DNA of 64,000 nt from Octopus bimaculoides (taxonomy: Eukaryota), in the NCBI RefSeq assembly GCF_001194135.2, contig NC_068981.1:115681528-115745527 (forward strand), in the 5' to 3' direction. Below the pieces are notes generated by a model. That model saw only the letters and a program-made list of their open reading frames with translations, was not told the DNA's origin and did not search any database. The position numbers and the translations under genes are program-made. Positions 12,509-24,735 of the stretch are shown here, one piece after another. Position 1 is the first letter of the stretch; each line of letters starts with the position of its first letter.

Positions 12509-14024
12509 CATAGTTCCACTATAGGTAAGTATTGCGACAGTTTGAGAGACAAACGTGTCTATCGGGTTATAAAGTCCCTATTAATTTTCCGTGTATATGG
12601 AAATTACCAAAGTAAATGGATCTCTGTTCGATCAAGTGACTTACTCGCTCATTGAAGTTGCGTTTAAGTCATTGAACATTTCTTAGGCATGTGTACCCTT
12701 AACGCAATGGAATTTGTGATATAGTGTGACAAGGCTGGACGTTTAAATTACAGGTATAAATTACCAAAGTACAAAACAATGAACACCACGAATGGACGAG
12801 GGAACTTCTATGTGGCTACTCAACCTGCTAGAAATGTTTACCAAGAGGAGAAATATGTTGAATAATATAGATCTAAACACTTTAACTGCGAAAGAAAAAG
12901 ATACAAGGGATGACCACGTTTGGTAGGCCTTTGATCACAGGTTTGCTCGATTAGAGCTGGTTCGCAGTTGAATAACAACGGCAACTGTATTCAGAATACC
13001 TAACTTTTAAATAGAGTTTACGAAAACTTAACAATAGACTTATTTATAAGTTATGTTAGAGATTTTAAAAATACATGAAAGCAATTAGACGAATATATAT
13101 ATATATATATATAAAAAAAAACATGAAGTTTAGAGAAAGTATATAAACACAAGTATATATTTAAAATGTCAAGAGAGAGAGAGAGAGAGAGCGGAGGAGG
13201 AAATCAATAAACATTACAGTAAGTATACCTGATAACATCGACAATAGTTGTGGTAGTTTAATAAGTTATCTTACATCTATAACTTTATAATGTATCCAAG
13301 TGTCAGCGAAACGTCAATCAGTATTAAAGTTTTATTCTTAATTGGAGATAAAGTGATAACGTCACGCAGCTTCCCATTTTGGTTTGTTGATGAAATCTTC
13401 AGAAAAGTTTCAAAACTCCGGAAACATCAGTTTTAAGTTGTAATTTCAACTGTTTCGAAATACTTTTGTAAATGTTATTGTAAAACATAATTATCTTGCT
13501 GGACTTACAAACTTTTGAAAAGAATAAAAGTTATGCTTTAAAAAAATAAAGACCAATTAGTCGGAAACATCCGGAAGTTTTCGTTTTAAAGGGAGGTTAC
13601 TTGTCTCAACACATCACCAAGTTTTCATACTACAGCAGGTTTTACTACTGGTTTCTTTATTAAATTTTGTTTACTAATTGACTTTTTAATGAGTGTTTAC
13701 TCATCAAGTCATTTATTTATTCGTTTTGTTATCTTACAATAAACTAACGATCATTTGATGGTTCTTTCTAAAATGTTTGTGTTCAATTTTGCTCTTAAGT
13801 TTGTGAGAGTTATTTCCCCTCCTAAAACTTTTTCTTTTAGAACATAGTTATTTTGTAAGATTTTGCTGGCAAATTCTTAAAATAACACAAACATTTATTT
13901 ACATAAAAGAAAATTACCGGAGAACTTTTCTTCCAATTCTTCCAAATTTTTCTGTTAAGGCTATATTGAAACCATTTGTGAAGAATTTTTTTTTATTACA
14001 GCAACTGGTTGCACACCACAAGGT

Positions 14025-14273
14025 TCAGCGGAACCTATTGAAGCAAGCCAGCACGCCCGCAACATTACCATGGGCGAGGCTAAGGCGTTGGGAAAGCCAA
14101 GCGCCCTCACTGGCATCACCTGACTCCTTGGTGAGACGAGCTGCCAACGTTGACAAGAACTTCGCGGTTTGTAGCTCATTCCCTCCGAACGTCTCAAATG
14201 CCACAGGTTGGAAGAGATAGTTCACTGTCAGGTCCCGACACTTCATTATGTTTTTGAGAAGTAGACATCTCAC
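14025..14273 (-). mobile_element. CRE-like non-LTR retrotransposon, C-terminal restriction-like endonuclease fragment
   Basis: FQPVAFETFGG...FLSTLAARL...WLSQRLSLAHGNVAGVLAC resembles the PxAxETxG...QRLSxAxQRGNA motif. Confidence 0.7.
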
Positions 14274-14347
14274 TCTAAGAAGTCATTTAGTGTTAAAATT
14301 TTGATGGGGACAATATTAAATTATGAAAGGCTGCAGATTAAAAGGTA

Positions 14348-15480
14348 TGTAGTGAAACTACCTACCGCCATTAGATACAAAACTGCTATGGCCATTCTTC
14401 TCATTTAAATATAAATAAATGCGAGCGTAGCAGAGAACCCATTCCTTGTCATCACGTGACTGATTATTATTCGAATCGGCAATTTCTTCGAACCTTTCCC
14501 GCCAGAACGCAAACTGACCAATCACAGCCCCTAATAAGGTCACGTGATAGAGTAAAATTCTATCACCGTCTTGGAGCCCTCTTAACGCTATATATAGATC
14601 AACTCATACCCCACAATTTGTCTCGGTCCAGTTTCCCTTTGAGAACTGTTCCGTGTACCACACGACAGCAGCAGCAGTTCCAGCGACCACTTCAACAGCT
14701 TCGTCCAGCCAACGATGACCTCCGCCGTCGCCACATCAGCAACAAGAGTCTACTACTACTATCCAGCATCATCGTCATGACCAACACGATTTCTACTNNN
14801 NNNNNNNNNNNNNNNNNNNNNNNNNNNNNNNNNNNNNNNNNNNNNNNNNNNNNNNNNNNNNNNNNNNNNNNNNNNNNNNNNNNNNNNNNNNNNNNNNNNN
14901 NNNNNNNNNNNNNNNNNNNNNNNNNNNNNNNNNNNNNNNNNNNNNNNNNNNNNNNNNNNNNNNNNNNNNNNNNNNNNNNNNNNNNNNNNNNNNNNNNNNN
15001 NNNNNNNNNNNNNNNNNNNNNNGCCACGACATCACAACTAGTGATCAGCTCTGCCACACTCAGCCAACTCACTTTCACATACAGAACTTTTCCTATAGTG
15101 TACTAAAGATCTGGTATAATTGCTCACGTGTTATTGACTCTTTCTATTTGCTGTAAACACTCATACACACATGTATCACTCACATACACACTTTTCTTTG
15201 TATGACGGCCTGTCTTTGATTATGTTCTTATACGTCGCATTCACACTCTCACACAGACATACATCTTTAACGCCATAATAAATATCTCTGTTATTCATCT
15301 TATACGGTTGTGGTCTTTCATTACTGGTCATCTATGTTATCGTCGTATAACATGACGTATATCATATCTGATATATATTATTTTGTGTTCGACCGTGTGA
15401 CGCGTTTAAATAAAAGGAGTCCTCTGTTTTTCCATTCGTCACCATTTCTCCTTTTTGAGTTCGCACGGTCGTCCCTTACA
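14348..15480 (+). mobile_element. Probable solo LTR (contains a gap)
   Basis: TGT...ACA ends, 4-bp TSD GGTA (14344-14347 and 15481-15484), CCAAT at 14518, TATATATA at 14589, AATAAA at 15409. Confidence 0.62.
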
Positions 15481-17055
15481 GGTACATAAATTCGTATCCT
15501 GCCACAACACGAAACTGTGATTGTGACAAAGACAACCAACAAAACCCATTTGTTTGCTTTTGTTTTAATTTTGTAGTTTTGAAATATAGAATAGTAGTAT
15601 CGGTTGAGCAGTAGACAAAATGCTGAGCAGTATTTCATTACTACTATTATGTTCTGAGTTCAAATACTGTCAGAGTCGACTTGCTTCGCTTCTTAAGAGA
15701 TCGACAAATTTAATATCAATTAAATGGATGGTTTGATTAAATTCAGGTGTCAGTCATACCAAGATAAAGGCAGTGCATCTAAGAATTATTGGACAAAGAG
15801 CTGGAGCAGTGCTTAAAAGATATAAACAAATTAAATTTGAGGAGTTGTCTAAGATGTAATGAACTAACTGGAGTTGGTTAAAGTTAATGGTAACCGGACC
15901 ATCTGATATTGATTATTAGTTGGAATAGGGTTGTTCACCATTTTATAACTGAACAAATTGTGAATATAAGTTAGTGTCTGCACACATACAGTAGTAGACA
16001 TCTATGCCTTCTTGAAGTTAGCTTTATGACTGTATAATACAGACTGATAATACAGAAGATATTGACGTGTTCAGCTGCTCTCTTGACAAATCGAAGTCTA
16101 TAAGCAAATTTGAATATGCTGTGAAGTCACTAAAATTATATATCTCTTCCAAAATACTAGAAATTCCTGGTTCACATCTACTGCAAATACACCATTCGAT
16201 TGCAAACATTTTATTCTACATCCTTCAGCTCACCAAAGCTGAAAGGTGTCATATCAGTTTGTGGGTAGATACATGTGATGAGATGAGTTTTTCTTTTTTT
16301 ATTATTATTATACGTCGCCTTCAATCAGAATTAAACTGGACCATGACGACTTGGTATTTCTAGATAGTTAAATGAGCTGGGGCAATATGGAAACACAGTG
16401 ACTGCCTGCAATGAAGTTGAACTCATGACCTATGAGCATGTAACTCAATCTTTTATCTACTCGGCTATTCATCTCAGATTTTCCAGTTAAATAATGGTTT
16501 CTGATTTAGGGTCAATTTTGAATGGTGGGGTTAATTGATGCCATCGATCTCTGGACTCGACTGGTTTCAATACTTAATTGATCCATCACGAAACGATGGA
16601 AAGCAAAGTTGATTTCGGCAGGATTTGAACTCAGAAGGTAAAGAAAGTAAAGATCGAATGTCACAAGAAACATTAACGATGCGTTAACGATTTTGTCAGC
16701 TCATCGTCTTTGCTTGTTAGATAATTAGGAAATATATCTCATGCAGACAAGCGTCAATATCTGTGAGAGAATGTTCTCTCATATGCTCAATGCTATACAT
16801 TGTAGAAGATAATCAGTAGTAATAGAAGTTTGTAAAGGTATAGGACTTATTGGGTTTTATTTATAAATTTAGCCATTTTTATTTGTATTGATTTTATTTC
16901 TTATGTAGCAAAATTATTTGTTGAAAGTCTCGTGAGAAATTTCCAAATATGTTAAAAGTTAAGTAATATTAGAACACCAATATACTGCGAAGTATGTAAG
17001 TATTTAGAGATTACTTATATAAAAAAAATACATTTAAGAAATCTGGAATCTCTTG

Positions 17056-17628
17056 GGATCTTTTTTAAAACGGAGGCCACATTTTTCATTAATGTTTTAC
17101 GTAGTGCTTTTGGTACCGAAAGACTTTCAAACTTCGTATACTTATCTATTTTGTGTTATAGAACAGAAAAATATTTTTGTATTCGAATTTATTTCATGTA
17201 AAAAAATTGTCTTATTTCGATAATTTCAACCAATCACTGACGTCCATTCAGCCGATATACATTAAGTGCCGACTACATAAACAAACGATTCTTCGTTTTA
17301 TTTGCTTTTTTCATTTTAAATTTGCTTTAACCCTAACCCTAACCCTAACCCTAACTCTAACCCTAGGGTTAGGGTTAGGGTTAGGGTTAATTGTTTCAGA
17401 ATCGTTTGTTTATGTAGTCGGCACTTAATGTATATCGGCTGAATGGACGTCAGTGATTGGTTGAAATTACAGAAATACGACAACTTTAACATGGAATAAT
17501 TTATGGATTTCTTTTTTTTTAAAGAAGACTAAGAGAAAAAGATGTTTTATATGACACATTCTACCTGTGATCCAAGTTTCAAAGTGTTTCGTTAATGAAA
17601 AATGTGGCCCCCGTTTTAAAAAAGATCC
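17056..17628. mobile_element. GGATC-TIR MITE (copy 2, 573 bp) with a central telomeric palindrome
   Basis: TIR of about 37 bp (GGATCTTTTTTAAAACGG.GGCCACATTTTTCATTAA). TSD ATCTCTTG (17048-17055 and 17629-17636). Confidence 0.95.
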
Positions 17629-19260
17629 ATCTCTTGTACTAAGATATCGATACAGTGATTTTTGTCGGTGCGTAATGAACTTATGATAGACTATTGCTAA
17701 CTAGCTATCAGACTTAATTGGCAACTGGAGCCAAGACTCAGATTCAATGGCAGAGTTAACCATGACAAAATAGTGTCTCAAGACTAATACTAAGTACTGA
17801 AGTAGTTTCTTATTGTCAGTTGTCTTGCTCGATGAGTTGTGAACTCAGCGAAGAAAACTTAACTAAAAAAAACAAAATACTCGCTGATTGTTCAATGATT
17901 CTATTCTTTAATATGATTTTCTTCAACTACAATTTGAATCATACTTAGGACGCGTGAAAGGAATATAATTGTGCGTCAGTTCTTAGCAGGTACTTCATTT
18001 TGTCTATCTTGGAAGTTTGAAAGGCAAAGCTGGCTACGACAGGATTTGAACAGAAGTTGAAGGGCCGTAATACGCTCATATTTTCACATCCTTCCAATTC
18101 GTTAAAGTTTTCGTTCAGATCAAATATTTCTTCTGTTAAGAAACAGAAAGGAAGTAGTTGTATATCTACTTGTTAAAGTTATTCGTTTGCGTGAGGTCTG
18201 TAATCCATTTGGTCATATTTATACACCTTGAATTATTCGTTGAAGCACTTTTTTTGCATTATCTGTCTCACAAATGTCACCCCACACGAGAGCAGTCTTA
18301 GAAGATTTTAATTATTCACTGCGTGCTAATCATGTGATATGTTATGAATCCTTCAACCATGCATGATACCTATTTGAAATAGCTATTTGAGTGTGAAATG
18401 TCATCGATATGAACAGAACACAATTCTAATAAAGAGGGATAAAACAGAATGGTCAGCGCTTCGGTCTATCAATTAGGCTAGAAAACTAGCCTTTATGTGT
18501 GGGAGTAAATTTCTAAATAACTGAGATGAGTTAAGCATTATCTTTAGAGACATGTCAGTTGTCTAAGAGTGCTCTCACTCCCAGAATAGAACTAAAGGTT
18601 ACTGTTTCGAATCCAGTTTGACACTTTGTATGTATTCTGGAGTAAGACATCCGATGATAATCGGAGATCAAACCAATTGAAACTTGTCAGTATGAATATC
18701 GAAGACTATTATTTCTGTCCAAAGTTACTTGCCGGGCAAGGTTCTGTTTTTATGAAAGGACAGTAGTTGTCAACGTAATACAAGTGTCCCCTCTTCAAGC
18801 CACCGATATTGTCTATGAAAAGGCAAAAACCTATTAAAATTTGGACGTAATGTCATCGCAGATATTGCTGTAAGGAGGCAAAGAATCAACTGGTATTGCC
18901 CTACATTCTGATAGACTACCTTGAACCAATACTTTATACATCAACATTGAACAGATGAAAAACAAAATTGGCCTCGACAGAATTTGAGCTCAGAGCGTTG
19001 AGAGCTGAAATTAATACCGCGATGCATTTTGCCTTTCATTGTATCGGCATTGCCAATTTGTTGTGAAATAGCAGAGTCATTTAAATATCGTCTAAAATAC
19101 ATTGCGGTATTTGTTCCGGACCTTCAAATTCCATAGAAGTCAACCATGTCTTTCGATTCCAAAGGTCAGGTTAACAGTCCTTAATATCACAAGCTGATTA
19201 AAACATATAGATTGACCTTATTTAAAAATTCAATGCAAAAACGAAACAAACGTCAGCTAC

Positions 19261-19342
19261 CGCTGTGAGCAGGATTTGAACCTGCGCGGGCATTGCCCAT
19301 TGGATTTCGAGTCCAACGCCTTAACCACTCGGCCATCACAGC
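19261..19342 (-). tRNA. tRNA-Ser(CGA)
   Basis: GCTGTGATGGCCGAGTGGTTAAGGCGTTGGACTCGAAATCCAATGGGCAATGCCCGCGCAGGTTCAAATCCTGCTCACAGCG: perfect 7-bp acceptor stem, A and B boxes, long variable arm, T5 terminator downstream. Confidence 0.96.
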
Positions 19343-20349
19343 AAGATTAATAAAAGCTCAAAATATATTATTGATAAAAAGAAAGGGAGACAGTATTTCT
19401 AAAAAGGTGCAGCAGAACTTTATTTTCAGTGAATAATTTATCTGATTTCTACGACAGCTGTCAGTACTTGGAACATAGTCTAGTAACTGATAAAAAGTCT
19501 TCCTCTATTTCTGCAAACTTATATTTGAAACAATGAATGGATGATTCATTTATCAAGGAATACTTTTTATAACCAAGACAAGAAATACTATGATTACGTT
19601 AATACAAAACCTATGGCACGGGTATAGCTGGATAATTGAAGAAATCCTACTCACGATTATGAGGTCCTGGATTCGATCCTACTACGCGGTATGTTGCGTA
19701 AGTGTCTTCTACCATGTTCTGGAGTCAACTCAAACCTCAAAAGAGAAATCTTGGTAGACAAAAATGCGGGGGCCCGTCTGTTGGGCTGTACCGGTAATTT
19801 AAAGGTCGAACATTGACACATCACTGGCGTAGCTAGAGGGGGAAGTCTACCTCGGCACTTTCATGGAAGACGCACCACTTTTGGGTCTGCTGTTGGTAAT
19901 ATGTACTTTTGTGGAGACCTGGGGATGGCAAAATGAAGGGCCTCCACGGGTGACACACACTGTATCATGTTGACTCTATCTGAAGATTTATTAAAGATAA
20001 AAATATCGGTAGAATATTCAACCACAATAACTCAAGAAGGTGGTTCGATTGATTGAACATTTGGAAACAGAAAGAGGGCCAATTTGATACAAAGACATTG
20101 GTGCATGAAGATTTGATTAAAGAAGAAGACAGATGGATTGATTTGCCCGAAATTTTACACAAACACTGAAATAGCAATTTTTAATAAAGGCTTTTTTTTT
20201 TTTTATTAATTGATGCTACGCAGCCCAAATTACAATATACAACTTAAGAAATATTGTTTTTGTCTTTCTTGGCAACTAGGCAAAATTGTCAACCATTCGG
20301 TGAATATTTTTGCCAGAAAACATGTTAGAATAATTTAATTCAGTATTTA

Positions 20350-20560
20350 TTTCAAATTTTGGCCACAAGACCACGAAGTTCGGGGGAGGAAGTAAGTCGA
20401 TTACATCGACCCACGTACTCAATTTTTAGTTATTTTATCGACCCTGAAAGGAAATGCAAAGTCGACCTTGGCAGCATTTGAACTCAGAACATAAAGCCGA
20501 ACGAAATGCCGCTAAGCATTTTGTCCGGCGTGCTAACGAGTCTGCTAGCTCACCGTCTTA
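20350..20560 (-). mobile_element. SINE family A copy
   Basis: Same consensus, boundaries approximate. Confidence 0.8.
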
Positions 20561-22909
20561 TTTTTTACTCAGTATTTAGTAGTACTTCACAGTTTAGTTA
20601 GCCCATTGTCCTCTTTAGATTATATTTTCATTCGTTTGAGGCTGCTGAAGGAGCACTTTATAAAACATGACATGACAGGAATAACTGTCAAAATATCAGC
20701 GATTTTGTTGGAGATCATTCACGTAATCAATTGCAACAAAATTTGCTTCAGTTGCATGTAAACTTTGAAGGTGTATGGTTCGTGACAAACTTTATTTTTT
20801 ATCTTTGAAAGACCCATAGTAACAATAGTGTGGTGCAACAAGTTATTAGTACTAAATCTTCTAAGCATCAAATATTACCTAACACTCGTTAGCCCAGCAA
20901 TCACGAGCTTGTCGAACACACTTTGATTATAATAAGCAGTCAAAAAATAGCAACTACTTTCAAGTTAATCTGTCATCTCAGATGAAATATTGAGAGTTCT
21001 TATTTTTCTCAACGGTATTACATTTTGTTCAAGTCAGAGCATTAAAACGATAGAGTTAATATTCATTCCTTAAATCCAAGAGATTGAGGCTGGTTAGTAT
21101 TAAAAGTATTTTCAAGTGAATTGGAAAACAATAGAAAATGAAGCTTAGGATTGAGTTGAATTTTTGAAGTTGGGGGGAGGAAGTGAAGGAAACTGGGAAA
21201 GGAAAGACTGCGGAAAAAGTATAGCACGATGTGTGCATTACAAGTGGAGAGAAAGCTAATTAGGGTTTTTATTGGACACAAGTGAGAACAAAAAGAAGAG
21301 CTAGGACAGTTATCAGTTACAGAGCAGAGAGAGGAGAAAGAGAGAGCGAGGGATGATAAAGCAGAATAAGCAAATATTTAATACATAGAAAGAAAGATAT
21401 TTTGAGAAAAAAAAAATCACTCGTTTCCCCCCCGTGTACGGAATACAAATACGGACGTATCATAAGGAAATCTTCATGATGCTATTGAATATATTATCTA
21501 TTAAATGTTAAAAATATTTGTATTCAATATAGCGTAGTTTGTCGAGTTCGATCGAATCAAATAAAGAGTCGATTTCTATTTCAGCGACATCAGTTATACA
21601 TCACTAAATAACAATGAACATAATAAATTAGTCCCCTCGAGTCCTCTTACAAAGTGCAAAAAGAAATTGCTGCCAAGTTTCCGTACCACTTTTAAAAAGG
21701 ACGTATTGGATGGATAAATTCAATCTCGAAAGAATAGAGTGATATTATTTGTCTTTGGTCCTAGTTTTTGCACGATCAGGTTTGACTCGGAATACATATT
21801 GCCAATGTAACCTTTTTTTAAAAATAGGCGTCGCATGTTCTAAGTCTTTCATGCTCAACAATGGACACAGGGACTACTCGAAATGGCTTCTATGTGGTTA
21901 GCTATCTAACCAGTTAGAAATAGCAACTAAACTTTCTCAAATCATACCCCACAGCCAAGGGAAGACACATTGCGTGTACCTAAGTCAAATTATTTAACTC
22001 AGAATTCAGCACAGTTTGCGCCTAAAATAATTAATGACATTCCTCATGTTTACATCTTAATAAAAAAAAAAAGCCAGCTCCGCCTGTACCCCTCTCACAA
22101 AGCTACCAAGATGGTAGATAACAAAGCCTGGTACTTTTACTACTTGCACAATCACTCAGCATCACTCCATATTTCAGCTGGTATAATGTCCTTTCGCTTA
22201 ATTTCACTCGAAAAGATTCGCGATAGCCACTTGGTGTATGTACTGATGTCAGGTGCATCTAGTCCACCGCCCTCCCCAAACAGTCAGGCCAAGTTTCACT
22301 GATTTAAATAGCAAAAATACCACCTAAACATAATGAATCTAGTATCGTTTCGGCAGCAAATCTTTCCAAAGTAATTCTTATTTTATGTTTGCATCAGAAG
22401 GGAAAGGGGACTCCGACTGTGAGGAGTGCGTATCCTCAAATCGATAACCAGATCCCAAATGCTTACAATAGCGTGGACTCTGCCAAAGTCACCCAAGGTG
22501 ACAGGTGGTTTTAAACTGGGCGACATTTTGAACCGAAACCTACATTCACGCCAAGAACATATTAATCAACTTATGTGAAACAGCTGGTGGGTGGGGGAAG
22601 GACATCAAAGTCACAAATACGAAGGTCCCATTGAAATATATTCGGAGGCATGAAAATTACATTTCAAAGTAAATGATACAATTGAAAAATAAAATGACTG
22701 CGCAGTAAATTAAACGCACTGCTGACAGACACTGAATTTGTGCTAATTGCCCATCGGCGTGCATTTTTACGAGGAAATAATTGTTTTACTCAACCAAGCA
22801 CAAATGTTATTTCGTAAAGGCCTCTCAATCTGAATAATCTTACAAAGGCGGTGCTTTATTTTGCTAGTCACCACACAAGAATTTAATTATAGAAAATAAA
22901 AAGATAATA

Positions 22910-22991
22910 CGCTGCAGACAGGATTCGAACCTGTGCGGGAATAACCCATTGGATTTCGAGTCCAACGCCTTAACCACTCGGCCACCACAGC
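22910..22991 (-). tRNA. tRNA-Ser(CGA), second isodecoder
   Basis: 82-nt cloverleaf with CGA anticodon, two G-U pairs in the acceptor stem, TTTTT terminator just downstream. Confidence 0.93.
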
Positions 22992-23189
22992 TCAGTGGCT
23001 GGAAGCGTTATTAACTATAGTAAAGTAGTTAGCATCTGTTGCAGAAGTCAGAATTTATCAAGTGCGTGTGTAAGACGTGGGCGCGCGTATGTCTATGAGT
23101 GTGTGTGTGTGTGTGTGTGTGTACTATATCGGAGCATGGCAAAGAGGTTGATACATCCGCTTCTAAATCACGAAGTTTCAAGTTCAATC

Positions 23190-24735
23190 GGATCTAGTTC
23201 AAAACGGGGGCACCAGTATTTTCTTAACGAAACACTTTGAAACTTGGGACACTGGTAGAATGTGTCATATAAAACATCTTTTTCTCTTAGTCTTCTTAAG
23301 AAAAAATATTATATTGCAATTTATTTCATGTTAAAGTTGTCGTATTTCTGTAATTTCAACCAATGACTGACGTCCATTCAGCCGAATACATTAAGTGCTG
23401 ACTACGTAAACAAACGATTCTCAAACGATTCTGGCGGTGATAAAATTATTATTTCCTTGTCAAAAAATGGCTGAAGCATATTGGCAGTAGCTAATAAACC
23501 TTTCTATTATAGANNNNNNNNNNNNNNNNNNNNNNNNNNNNNNNNNNNNNNNNNNNNNNNNNNNNNNNNNNNNNNNNNNNNNNNNNNNNNNNNNNNNNNN
23601 NNNNNNNNNNNNNNNNNNNNNNNNNNNNNNNNNNNNNNNNNNNNNNNNNNNNNNNNNNNNNNNNNNNNNNNNNNNNNNNNNNNNNNNNNNNNNNNNNNNN
23701 NNNNNNNNNNNNNNNNNNNNNNNNNNNNNNNNNNNNNNNNNNNNNNNNNNNNNNNNNNNNNNNNNNNNNNNNNNNNNNNNNNNNNNNNNNNNNNNNNNNN
23801 NNNNNNNNNNNNNNNNNNNNNNNNNNNNNNNNNNNNNNNNNNNNNNNNNNNNNNNNNNNNNNNNNNNNNNNNNNNNNNNNNNNNNNNNNNNNNNNNNNNN
23901 NNNNNNNNNNNNNNNNNNNNCGAATCACGTCGGGGGTCACCAGTATATAAAAAAGTGGGTTATTGCAGATCAGCGGGCTGCGTGTTCGAATCACGTCGGG
24001 GGTCACCAGTATAGGAAAGTTGGTTATACACCATTAGATGTATACCTGACTTTCCTATATAAAATTAAAGAATTAAACGGAACGCTGAACTCCAGACTAT
24101 CAACCTAAACAACATTTTATTCAGGTGGTAAATATATACATCTTTAGCTCTTGTTTGTTGTTACAGCTTCTGTGTGTGTGAGCATAGTTGTTGGGACGTT
24201 GTTATGTAGATGTAAGCGAGCTGTCGAGCGTAAGTTCGAAAGATGAAGAGAGACAGCTAAACACGTAAAGAGACTGTCTCCAGAGTTGGAATGTTGGAGA
24301 CACTGCTTGACACGTCCATGCTCATGGCCGGCCGACCAAGAAAGAGAATGAATTGAGCGGGAACGCTTGGTTATTGAATTGCACGCATGCATGAGACTAC
24401 GCATGCGCACAGCATTACTACAAGGGTTAGGGTTAGGGAAAACGAACACACGCGTGTTGCCTCTCTGCAAAATGTCAGAAGTAATGGAGATTAAATACGC
24501 TTTACACCGCTTAAACTGCCAAAGGAGTAAGTATAAACAGCTGAATACTTGTCAGTGATTGGTTGAAATTATCGAAATAAGACAATTTTTTACATGAAAT
24601 TAATTCGAATACAAAATTTTTTTTCTGTTCTATAACACAAAATAGATAAGTATACGAAGTCTGAAAGTCTTTCGGTACCAAAAACACAACATAAAACATA
24701 AATGAAAACTGGTGCCCCCGTTTTGAACAAGATCC
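23190..24735. mobile_element. GGATC-TIR element (copy 3, contains a gap) inserted into a tRNA-derived SINE
   Basis: TIR GGATCT.GTTCAAAACGGGGGCACCAGT. TSD GTTCAATC (23182-23189 and 24736-24743). GGGTTAGGGTTAGGG at about 24423. Confidence 0.92.
23921..24008 (+). repeat. 66-bp tandem repeat of tRNA-Trp 3' half + CCA + 23-nt spacer (at least 2 units, runs into a gap)
   Basis: CAGATCAGCGGGCTGCGTGTTCGAATCACGTCGGGGGTCACCA at 23966-24008. Same 3' part at 23921-23942, period 66 bp. Confidence 0.85.

Noticed and set aside
14456-15106. Long ORFs spanning N runs (also 23481-24014, 25576-25802, 50733-51296)
   Set aside because: Artefacts of translating assembly gaps.
23491-23513. Left-of-gap sequence resembling the inverted array spacer
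   Set aside because: Its reverse complement (CTATAATAGAAAGGTTTATT) matches the SINE family A tail, so it is better explained by a SINE entering the gap.
23921-24008. CRISPR-like repeat-spacer array
   Set aside because: The only complete spacer and the start of the next are similar to each other rather than unique, the repeat is tRNA-derived, the context is eukaryotic and there are no cas genes.
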